Below are positions 44,044 through 52,426 of a DNA stretch of 64,000 nt, one piece after another (within the stretch, counting starts at the first letter, position 1; the number at the start of each line of letters is the position of its first letter). Made by a program: the position numbers and the translations under genes. The notes under the pieces are model-generated. The model did no database searches. It saw only the letters and a list, made by a program, of their open reading frames with translations, and was not told where the DNA came from. The stretch lies in IMG/VR virus record IMGVR_UViG_3300037063_000214; one strand, written 5' to 3'. This DNA comes from a virus.

Positions 44044-44923
44044 ATGCTTCTTTCAACCGTTGCAACGCTGTAGCGCAGTGTTGCGAGTCTTTTTCAAAAC
44101 CTATAAAACTATGACCTAAGTGCAGTGCGGCTACTCCCGTTGTGCCACTTCCGGTGAAGGGGTCCACAACAACTGAGTGTGGTCCTGCAAACACACCAAG
44201 AATATCCTCGATCAGTTCCAGTGGTTTGATAGTCATGTGGTCAAATTCTCCCCGCGTTCGCGGTTTGGGATGTTGAAAAATCGGTGTTCGATACTTACCG
44301 TCGAGATCATAAGACTTAATCAGCCCGACGCCATATTTAACAAAATTTTGTACCTGCGTACCGTTAGCCGGTTTTTGCGCCACAATAAATGGTTCGTATT
44401 TCGGACGCAGCTGCACAGTAGTTCGGTCGTCTAGTAGAGCTACTATCCTTCTTTTCTCTGCACTAGAAATCTTCATTTGCTGCACCCAGCGAGTATGGCG
44501 TTGGGCTTTCGGTTGTCCGCCCTCGTGCTCCCAGATGGCTTCGTCTCGCAACTCAAAACCAGCCACATGTGCCGCCCATGAAATTGCACCAATTAACCGC
44601 GGACTACCAAAAGAAAGTAAGAACCCGCCGGGGTATAGGATGCGATATGCTTCTTTCCAAACAGGCAGCAAAAAAGAATACAGGTCATCCATTTGTTTTC
44701 GATCAAACTTCTGCACGGGGGGCAACCCGCCAGTCGAAGCGGTTTTAGCACTGGCGGTTTTTTCCCTCGCAAATAGTTTTTCTGAAGACCAGTTTTCTCC
44801 CATACCATCTAGCCCATACGGGGGGTCTGTAAGAACAACATGAGCACTTTCGTCGGGCAAAGATTTGAGACCCTCTCGACAGTCCATATTAATAAGGCTG
44901 TGCATCTGTTTCTCTTTACTCAT
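44036..44923 (-). CDS. N6-adenine or N4-cytosine DNA methyltransferase (beta class)
   Basis: DPPY catalytic motif (VVLTDPPYG) precedes the AdoMet motif DPFTGSGTTG. Confidence 0.8.
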   Translation of the reverse strand: MSKEKQMHSLINMDCREGLKSLPDESAHVVLTDPPYGLDGMGENWSSEKLFAREKTASAKTASTGGLPPVQKFDRKQMDDLYSFLLPVWKEAYRILYPGGFLLSFGSPRLIGAISWAAHVAGFELRDEAIWEHEGGQPKAQRHTRWVQQMKISSAEKRRIVALLDDRTTVQLRPKYEPFIVAQKPANGTQVQNFVKYGVGLIKSYDLDGKYRTPIFQHPKPRTRGEFDHMTIKPLELIEDILGVFAGPHSVVVDPFTGSGTTGVAALHLGHSFIGFEKDSQHCATALQRLKEAYE

Positions 44924-45270
44924 TTTGTCCTCCGTTTTTAAAATAACTATGGCAATATACTAGTTGACAATTAAACAATCCGCGAGAGTATCGAAAAAGA
45001 AGGCGAGGCCACACGCACCGCATATGACAGCAATCAACAACAATATCATGAACAGTGGCGTAGAGTCAATGTCCGATTCGACTATGAGGAAGTAAGAAAG
45101 AATGAGTCCGAGCGCAAGTGCAAAAGCGGAATACAAAAGTCTCATTGTGAGCCTCCGGTGTGTCGAATAGGTTACGCAGCCACCCCGTGCTTCAAATTAC
45201 CTATTGTCTCACAGCCGCCTCCCATTGTCAAGCGTATAATTCCCAAATAAATCAATAGAGATCGGTGAGT

Positions 45271-45531
45271 CTAATATCTCCTGCGCCCCATGCGTTCTTT
45301 TTCATTGTTCGCTCGAAGCCATGCTAAACGCTTCGCAATAGCAGAATTTATTAGTTTATCTGAGAGTCGTTGAATAACAAAATTAGAAAGAAACGGAATA
45401 GGGCATTCTTTATGAATATGAACCTCTAATTGTCCAATACGTTCTTCAAGACTGCGGAGGCGTTGTTTTTTACGAGAAATAACGCTGCGTTTCGGTGCGG
45501 GACTGGCTTTACGTTTACGTTTTTTGGGCAT
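45271..45531 (-). CDS. small highly basic protein
   Basis: MPKKRKRKASPAPKR... Confidence 0.3.
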   Translation of the reverse strand: MPKKRKRKASPAPKRSVISRKKQRLRSLEERIGQLEVHIHKECPIPFLSNFVIQRLSDKLINSAIAKRLAWLRANNEKERMGRRRY

Positions 45532-45749
45532 CTTTCACCTTCATGACGAAAACCAACAGGGTTCCCACCTAAAAAATTTTTTCATACCGTGCAGGTGAAT
45601 AGGGCCATCGCCGGTTCGTAAGCGAAAGACAACGCACACCACGGCTACCACGAAGAGCAGTAAGGACGCCAAACCAAAAATTCTCCTGTACTTGACCAGA
45701 CGTTGAATACCTAGTGATCGTTGGGTGTCGGTATACCTAAAAAATTTTT

Positions 45750-46130
45750 TCATACTTGTTTCTTTTTCCAATCAGCAACCGCTGCTCGAATTGCATCTTC
45801 CGCAAGCACTGAGCAATGGATTTTTACTGGAGGTAAAGCCAGCTCTTTTACAATCTCCATATTCTGAATACTGAGGGCTTCATCAATCGTACGACCTTTC
45901 ACCCACTCTGTAGCCAGAGATGATGAAGCGATAGCGCTACCACAGCCAAAGGTCTTAAATTTTGCATCTTCGATGACATTGGTTTCTTTGTTCACTTTAA
46001 TTTGTAACTTCATCACGTCGCCACATTCGGGTGCGCCGACCAAACCAGTGCCCACATCGGAGCTAGCTTTGTCCATGGAGCCGACATTCCTGGGATGCAG
46101 ATAATGATCAATTACTTTTTCACTGTACAT
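45750..46130 (-). CDS. iscU: Fe-S cluster assembly scaffold IscU/NifU-like
   Basis: GAPECGDVMKLQIK, GCGSAIASSS, PPVKIHCSVLAEDAI. Confidence 0.85.
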   Translation of the reverse strand: MYSEKVIDHYLHPRNVGSMDKASSDVGTGLVGAPECGDVMKLQIKVNKETNVIEDAKFKTFGCGSAIASSSLATEWVKGRTIDEALSIQNMEIVKELALPPVKIHCSVLAEDAIRAAVADWKKKQV

Positions 46131-46144
46131 TTTTACCCCTTCGA

Positions 46145-46477
46145 CTATTTTACATCGAAAGAACTACCACAACCACAGGTTCGACTCACACTGGGATTGT
46201 TGAATTTGAACCCACTGCTCTCCAGTGTCTCCAAATAATCCACTTCACAACCATCCAAGTACATTGCGGATGTTCCATCCACAAGAAGTTTCAATCCATC
46301 AAAATCGTATTCTTTATCCATCATGCCTTTTTCGTTTTCGAACTGCATGGAATATTGAAATCCAGAGCAGCCACCCCCGATCACACTAAGGCGCAAAGCT
46401 ACAGGTTTAGGGTCATCCAAACCAGCAATAATCTCTTTCACTTTCGTAACAGCTTTTGGTGTAAGTGTAACAGCCAT
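46145..46477 (-). CDS. iscA: A-type Fe-S carrier IscA/HesB family
   Basis: GGGCSGFQY ... CGCGSSF. Confidence 0.8.
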   Translation of the reverse strand: MAVTLTPKAVTKVKEIIAGLDDPKPVALRLSVIGGGCSGFQYSMQFENEKGMMDKEYDFDGLKLLVDGTSAMYLDGCEVDYLETLESSGFKFNNPSVSRTCGCGSSFDVK

Positions 46478-46486
46478 ACTTATATA

Positions 46487-46834
46487 CTACTCCTTTTTCT
46501 TCCAAAGGGAAGAGGTCTTTTTTCTTCCCTTCAATTTTGCTTCTAATGCTTCATTTATTTTCAATAAACGTGCGTTAGTGTCCATCAATTTATTCGCTAT
46601 ATCTCTGATTTTCTCTTCGTCGGGCGTGGGGGGCTTGGATTCAAATTGACTTTTTTCTCCGCTAAGTCCAGTCAAACTCAAATCATCAACAATAAAAGAA
46701 ATCCAATCATTATTCCCACCGTGTGCTGCCCATTGATTTGCGGTTTCTTCACTCGAAACAATACCCACCGGTCTCCATTCTGATGGGGTAGTTTCTTCTA
46801 TAAGTGTGGTTAGTACATACAAAGTCTGAGCCAT
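46487..46834 (-). CDS. hypothetical protein
   Basis: 115-aa ORF. Confidence 0.4.
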   Translation of the reverse strand: MAQTLYVLTTLIEETTPSEWRPVGIVSSEETANQWAAHGGNNDWISFIVDDLSLTGLSGEKSQFESKPPTPDEEKIRDIANKLMDTNARLLKINEALEAKLKGRKKTSSLWKKKE

Positions 46835-46944
46835 ACAGTCCCCATCTAAGAGACTGTTAGCTTAAAATGTTATTTCCATTTATTTCCGCTATATTTGATG
46901 CAGCCGACCGGAACCGGGAATGATAGATTTTTCTTTAACTGCTA

Positions 46945-47580
46945 CTACTTCAAACTAGTCACACCGCTTAGTGCGCAAGTACAGTCGATTTCGTGCCTTG
47001 GGGTGTTGTTTTCTTGCTGAGAAAGCAAAAATACGCGCATGGGGCAATTAGGGTCTGGATGTGCGTATGCTGTTCGTTGATTTTGCACCCGTTCAATGAC
47101 TTCATGCCCTGGGGTCTTAAGCAGACTGCCATCGTATGGAAATACCCCCAACAACTTCTTTGCGGACACCAAAACTGCTGGAGATGGACCAATGCTAGGT
47201 CGATTCATGCGAATTGAATCAAGCGCGGTATTGAAATCGGATATTCCCTCATAGTGCATAAAAGCAGCGAGTATAGTCACTGACCTACTGATACCAGCGG
47301 CACAATGGATCAAAATAACATGCCCATTTTCATACATAAACTTGAGCCAGCCTAAAGCGTTGATAAATTGGCGCGGTGGAATAGGTTCCCCATCTTCAAA
47401 CGGTACATGCATGTAAATTATATTGGAGTTTTTTTCATAATCCATTGTTTGGTGAACACAAAGAACAGCGGATATTTTGGCTGGATTTTGCTTTGCGAGT
47501 TCGGCAGCTGGAGCGGTGCCCCCCACAAAAAGTCTATGGTCAACTTGAGTCATTGGAAGAACATCAAACCATTTTCCCAT
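46945..47580 (-). CDS. dual-specificity / tyrosine protein phosphatase
   Basis: CX5R active-site loop HCAAGISRS. Confidence 0.7.
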   Translation of the reverse strand: MGKWFDVLPMTQVDHRLFVGGTAPAAELAKQNPAKISAVLCVHQTMDYEKNSNIIYMHVPFEDGEPIPPRQFINALGWLKFMYENGHVILIHCAAGISRSVTILAAFMHYEGISDFNTALDSIRMNRPSIGPSPAVLVSAKKLLGVFPYDGSLLKTPGHEVIERVQNQRTAYAHPDPNCPMRVFLLSQQENNTPRHEIDCTCALSGVTSLK

Positions 47581-47610
47581 AATATAGAAAAGAAAAGTCT
47601 TAATTCTTAA

Positions 47611-48036
47611 TTATTGTGTGACAGGGATGAAATCGCTACAGGAATATTCGTGTATATGATTATCTCCCGAATGTCCGGGGGTGGAGCAGGTACCTGTTTC
47701 TAGTGCGAGTCCAGCCTGAGATGAAATTTGAGTATCGGGTGTCGGCGCTTTCAATAAAGCGATAACCTCAGCAACAACATCCTCAACGGGTTTTTCCAAA
47801 TCTTTATCGTCTATAAAAAAAGATTGAAAATTTCCATTTACATTCATTTGTAATGTGAGTTTGTTTGTCCATCCTATTTCATCAGAACCATACTTAGTGA
47901 CCATTAAACAATGATGGGTATGGGGAACAATCGGAGGAGCAGCCGCTTCTAGTTGGAGTAATAAATCAAGAATTTTCATTTGGTGGTTTCCTTGTTGATG
48001 ATACATTCCACACGCAGCCATTTGGCTGTATACCAT
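47611..48036 (-). CDS. hypothetical protein
   Basis: 141-aa ORF. Confidence 0.4.
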   Translation of the reverse strand: MVYSQMAACGMYHQQGNHQMKILDLLLQLEAAAPPIVPHTHHCLMVTKYGSDEIGWTNKLTLQMNVNGNFQSFFIDDKDLEKPVEDVVAEVIALLKAPTPDTQISSQAGLALETGTCSTPGHSGDNHIHEYSCSDFIPVTQ

Positions 48037-48289
48037 AGTCCGCCTTGTGTTTTTGGCCTCTGATGCTCATCGAATCTGTGAATTGTTACCTTACACCACA
48101 CGCGCCCTTTGATGGATAAATGCGGCGCATTAGGCTTCTGGCAACAATGCCACCCCGGCCTGTAGACGAAACCCCTGGTGCGAATTGCCTTGGCTTTGAC
48201 CCACTCGCCCACAGGTACACGGATACGCTGTCCAATAAACAGTGGGCCAAGGGTGCCATCCTTGCGTAGACGAAATAGTTTGTAAGCAA

Positions 48290-48610
48290 TTATAGCAACC
48301 TCGTGGAATCTTTGTCTTGATGTAATGTGTGAACGATAGTACCTGCTTGTTGCACAGCAGCTAGACGCTCAGTCAAAATCTTTTTGGATACGCGCCCATA
48401 CCACTCTTCCCGCTCACCATGTAGGCACCATTCACCCTTGCGAATGATTACGGTGTGCGTTGGGTAGTAATCGCGTGAGCCAACACCTGACCAGTCAGTA
48501 TGCCCTGGAGTGCGGATTACAACGAAGTCTGCACTCTGCTTAACGATCACGTTACGCCACTGGTCTGTTGTGCCAGTGCCGTATGCGTGGAGGATTTCTT
48601 GGTTTGTCAT
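48290..48610 (-). CDS. hypothetical protein
   Basis: 106-aa ORF. Confidence 0.35.
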   Translation of the reverse strand: MTNQEILHAYGTGTTDQWRNVIVKQSADFVVIRTPGHTDWSGVGSRDYYPTHTVIIRKGEWCLHGEREEWYGRVSKKILTERLAAVQQAGTIVHTLHQDKDSTRLL

Positions 48611-48645
48611 CGGGATAACTCATCGACCCAAATCGTGCTGCAAAC

Positions 48646-49293
48646 TTAAGAAAAATACTTCCGGCGAAACATTCCAGCGATCCCTACGAGTCCTGTTCCC
48701 AACAGACCTAAAGTCCCTGGTTCAGGGGCGGAAATACTCGTAGAACCAAGCCCAATGTGCCCCACACCGCCATTCAATTGATTCTTGTTGAGTATATTGA
48801 TGGTTTGGGTAGTGTACCCAGTTGTAAAACGCCCATTCCAGAGTGTTCCAGACAACTCACCTGTTAAAGTGTAGGTTCGCTCCTGTTTATTTTGGGAGAT
48901 GAATGTCCAGTCAATAGGACCTACAAAGCTGCCGATAAAAATATTTCCCTTAGGTTGTCCAAATTTACCCTTACCGATAACATCGAAAGTGGACCCGGTA
49001 CTGGAAAATACCCCACCGTTTAGCACGCTTCCGCTTTCTAGCACGCCGGTAGAAAACCCTACATAACCAAGCGAATGCCCATGCGGAGCGGTTATTCCTT
49101 CAAAGTTTGTTAGCTCCGAACCGTGAGATGTAATGGTAGTTGAACCAATCGTGCCCATTCCACCTACGCCGATATCGCTAATACTTATGGTGCCGAATAG
49201 ATTCGTCAGAGTGATGGGATCGGCAGATGCCGCGGAAACAAACGAAAGCAAACTCAAAATTAACGCAAAAATTGTTACCTTACTTATTCTCAT
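48646..49293 (-). CDS. secreted PEP-CTERM domain protein
   Basis: N-terminal signal peptide. C-terminal PEP motif (APEPGTLGLLGTGLVGIAGMFRRKYFS: PEP, TM helix, basic cluster). Confidence 0.7.
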   Translation of the reverse strand: MRISKVTIFALILSLLSFVSAASADPITLTNLFGTISISDIGVGGMGTIGSTTITSHGSELTNFEGITAPHGHSLGYVGFSTGVLESGSVLNGGVFSSTGSTFDVIGKGKFGQPKGNIFIGSFVGPIDWTFISQNKQERTYTLTGELSGTLWNGRFTTGYTTQTINILNKNQLNGGVGHIGLGSTSISAPEPGTLGLLGTGLVGIAGMFRRKYFS

Positions 49294-49323
49294 TTTTAAT
49301 TCCCCCTATATTTTTATAGCAGC

Positions 49324-49372
49324 CAATCCGCTGCATGTCTAGGCTCTCACGAAAAAACATGCAGCGGATTGG
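49324..49372. promoter_or_regulatory. long perfect hairpin (16-bp stem CCAATCCGCTGCATGT, 17-nt loop) between the sigma-factor and PEP-CTERM genes
   Basis: Inverted repeat read directly from the sequence. Confidence 0.6.
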
Positions 49373-49420
49373 TTGGAGCACAACTGCAACGACTGCCACA
49401 CGAAACTAACAGTAAAATGA

Positions 49421-50080
49421 TTATACCCCGGTCATCCTTGTTTGTAAAGGACTATTTGTAGAATTCTTTTTTACCTGTTCCAGCAACATCTTACGACCCT
49501 TAACGATATTCATTCCGACTTTTTTGGGTCTTTTCACTCCCAAGATATTTTCAATTTCCTTCACGGAAAATCCCATCCACAATTTTAAATACACAATATC
49601 ACGGTAAACACTAGGGATACCTTTAAGCGACAAATCAAGCATTTGTCGATCAGCGATACCAGCTAAATTAATGTCCCGTTGTCCAAATTTACCGTCGCTA
49701 GGATTTTCATCCAAAATTTCATTTAGAGAAAGTTCTTTGTCTCGTTGACGACCTACGGATGTTTCTTCACGAATATACATCTTCCATTCGTTGATGGCAA
49801 TGCGTGTAATCCAGGTTTGAAATGTGGATTTCTCATTGAAATTTTTGAGATTTAACCAGGCTTGGGTCATGGCTTTGTTGGCGAGCCAGTCCGCTGTATC
49901 CGGTTGTTGCCCGGGAAGAACGCGCCTTATAGTATTACTCAAATACCGATAAAATTTGTGATATAGAGTTGAAAAAGCCGCTTCATCTCCAGCTTTTGCT
50001 TGTTGAACTAGGGTAATGATATATGGTGTGTCAAACACCTCACACACCTTCTTCGCCTTTGCTGCTCCCGCTACTGCCAT
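49421..50080 (-). CDS. ECF-type RNA polymerase sigma factor (sigma-70 regions 2 and 4)
   Basis: Region 2 pattern (TWITRIAINEW) and region 4 HTH (YRDIVYLKLWMGFSVKEIENILG). Confidence 0.7.
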   Translation of the reverse strand: MAVAGAAKAKKVCEVFDTPYIITLVQQAKAGDEAAFSTLYHKFYRYLSNTIRRVLPGQQPDTADWLANKAMTQAWLNLKNFNEKSTFQTWITRIAINEWKMYIREETSVGRQRDKELSLNEILDENPSDGKFGQRDINLAGIADRQMLDLSLKGIPSVYRDIVYLKLWMGFSVKEIENILGVKRPKKVGMNIVKGRKMLLEQVKKNSTNSPLQTRMTGV

Positions 50081-50112
50081 GTTGTCCCTTTCATATCTTG
50101 GATTTTGACTGG

Positions 50113-50382
50113 TTATTGCCTCCCGAAGTTTACTTCCAAAACAATACCACTACCCCCGCATTCTTTGCAAAATACCGTGGTGGCTTTTTTGGCCGGTACT
50201 GTGTGCTTGTGCCCGTAGTTACAAACCACGGTATGTCGCGGGCGTGCGGGAACTTTTCGTTTCCCACCAGTACCGTGGCAACGCCAGCAAATCATTTTCT
50301 CAAGTGACATTAGTTGCTCCGGTACTGCCCGATTACTTTTTCTCTTTTCGCCGCCAGTAGAGCCAGCAGCCGTACTCATCAA
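50113..50382 (-). CDS. small zinc-finger protein
   Basis: CWRCHG...CKECGG. Confidence 0.35.
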   Translation of the reverse strand: MMSTAAGSTGGEKRKSNRAVPEQLMSLEKMICWRCHGTGGKRKVPARPRHTVVCNYGHKHTVPAKKATTVFCKECGGSGIVLEVNFGRQ

Positions 50383-50623
50383 CTTCTGTCATATCCACAC
50401 TAGCAAGTGTGCTGCGCACTCCCTTGGCAGGAGTATTCCAGCTGGCGGCCTTATAGATGTTGCCGTCTGCATCAAGGAAGCAATAAGCAGAGCCGTACTT
50501 GGTGACCCTAGTAAACTTGCGTCCGTGAGTGCTTAGTTCAAAGTCGCAACCGAATTTTTCACTGAGAGCAGCAACAAATTCCGCATTTGTCATTATTCGC
50601 AGTCTCCAATAAGCGCATCCCAC
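50333..50623 (-). CDS. hypothetical protein
   Basis: 96-aa ORF. Confidence 0.3.
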   Translation of the reverse strand: MGCAYWRLRIMTNAEFVAALSEKFGCDFELSTHGRKFTRVTKYGSAYCFLDADGNIYKAASWNTPAKGVRSTLASVDMTEVDEYGCWLYWRRKEKK

Positions 50624-50844
50624 TCAGGGGTGCAGCGATAAACCTTGTCTTTTTCAAAGCTTTCAAGAGCCTCAAGGCACCGCCGCAACGCGGAGGCATA
50701 CTCGGTCTGATCGTTCGTCAAGAACGCTCTATACGCCAGCATCGTATAAAGTAGGGGCGGTTGGATGTTGTAGGCAATGTCCGCCATTTTGAAATGGGCG
50801 AACAGCTTTATTTCTCTTTCGGAATAAGTCGCATCTCCAAGCAT
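50593..50844 (-). CDS. hypothetical protein immediately downstream of fic
   Basis: 83-aa ORF. Confidence 0.35.
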   Translation of the reverse strand: MLGDATYSEREIKLFAHFKMADIAYNIQPPLLYTMLAYRAFLTNDQTEYASALRRCLEALESFEKDKVYRCTPEWDALIGDCE

Positions 50845-50858
50845 GGGAATCTCCTCAT

Positions 50859-51353
50859 TTATGCGGTCGGTAATTCGGCAGCAACGCGCTGTCCGTCTGG
50901 CAGTTTAGCTACAACATAACCAAACAAGTCGTTCGGCGGAAAGATTGGATCAAATAACGTCCTATTTAACCAGTTGAACAGAATCTTACCCGTTCGCCCA
51001 TTACCGTCAACAAACGGATGAATCATCTCAAACTCTTTGTAAAACTCGATTGGTGTCATACTATCACGGAGATCGAACAGCCTGTTAAGCAGCCGACGAA
51101 GTTCATCTGGTCTTGGGCATATACAATCACCTACTCGGATGTCACAGTTACGCAGTCCGTTAACATTCTTCTTAACTTCCACAAGCATACCCAAACTGAT
51201 TGCATCACCTAGATCAGGCATGCGATCGGAAACGTTAACAAGAGCGTAAGTCCAACCGTCTAACATCCAACCAACTCTCTGAATGCCGTCAAGCAGAGTA
51301 ATATCATGCCCTTGTCTACGCACTTCCTCTGTGCAGTACTCAATTACGTTCAT
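50859..51353 (-). CDS. Fic/Doc family protein
   Basis: Fic motif HPFVDGNGRTGK. Confidence 0.8.
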   Translation of the reverse strand: MNVIEYCTEEVRRQGHDITLLDGIQRVGWMLDGWTYALVNVSDRMPDLGDAISLGMLVEVKKNVNGLRNCDIRVGDCICPRPDELRRLLNRLFDLRDSMTPIEFYKEFEMIHPFVDGNGRTGKILFNWLNRTLFDPIFPPNDLFGYVVAKLPDGQRVAAELPTA

Positions 51354-51444
51354 TTAAATCCTCACTCCCTGTGAATTCCGTTCATATTCCTAGTATACAT
51401 CGGAAACACTGAAAATGGCTAAATTTGATTTCTTCTTTGTTTTG

Positions 51445-51681
51445 TTAGGTTTGAGGAGTTTCTGGAATATCCAACTCATCCGTTTCCGCAACTTCATCTT
51501 CGTAAGCGATGCGAATTAAGACATAATCACCGGACAAGCGTCGGACAACAACAGGGGCACCTTCGTACATTTCAAAGTCTTTACGGCTTAAAACAATCTC
51601 CCCACCTTGTTTATCCAATATAGCGGCGAGAATTTGAAGAAGCGTTTCGATTTGTGCTTCGGGAGTAACAATCTCATCCAT
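51445..51681 (-). CDS. hypothetical acidic protein
   Basis: 78-aa ORF. Confidence 0.35.
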   Translation of the reverse strand: MDEIVTPEAQIETLLQILAAILDKQGGEIVLSRKDFEMYEGAPVVVRRLSGDYVLIRIAYEDEVAETDELDIPETPQT

Positions 51682-52119
51682 AAAGTCCCCCTACTGAAAA
51701 AGGTCAGTAGTCTATATTTTGCTTGAAGGTGAGGTCGTTCTCCAAAAATTGCCCGAAGAAGTTTTTCTTCGGGGGTAATTTTCGACCCATCTTCTTTTAG
51801 CGGATAAAAAAATACATGTAATGTACAACACAATAAAACTGGCTGTCCGTCAACTATACAAACTTCCAGTCCTGATATATCATACCCCGTTTCGTGACAT
51901 AAGGAACAGCATTTTACACCTGTGTATGCAAAATCTTTGATAATCGTTCATTGGTGATCACAAATTTCTGGTTTTCCTGCCCCATCAACTGGAGAGGCAT
52001 CGCACCAAGGATTTTGAACAGCTATAGGTTTTGATAAAGCTTTTTGTTCATGAATCGCCATAAACAACCAGAAAAAAGCTATCAATAAAATCACTATCTT
52101 CCATTCAATCCAAAGGAAA

Positions 52120-52407
52120 TCATTCAAGAGTCACCTGCGGTACTTCCGTAGCATTTGCCAAAACAATCTTCGGTAAAGAACATTCTACCCAATATATTTG
52201 GCTATGGCAAAGCAACCTGTAAACCCCAGGTTCAACTTCTCGTAGCATACCCACGGTAGAATATTGGTTTATCATGGTTTGCATGAGAGCTTTCATTTGT
52301 TTGTCGATGGGGTAATTTGGATCAGCGGGGAGTTGAATATCTTGAGTAACGATTTCCCCGCTAGCGAGAGTAATTTTAAATTCTAGATGTATTTCCATAC
52401 TGTACAA
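52120..52407 (-). CDS. hypothetical protein
   Basis: 95-aa ORF. Confidence 0.4.
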   Translation of the reverse strand: MYSMEIHLEFKITLASGEIVTQDIQLPADPNYPIDKQMKALMQTMINQYSTVGMLREVEPGVYRLLCHSQIYWVECSLPKIVLANATEVPQVTLE

Positions 52408-52426
52408 TACTCATTTTTGGAAATTT

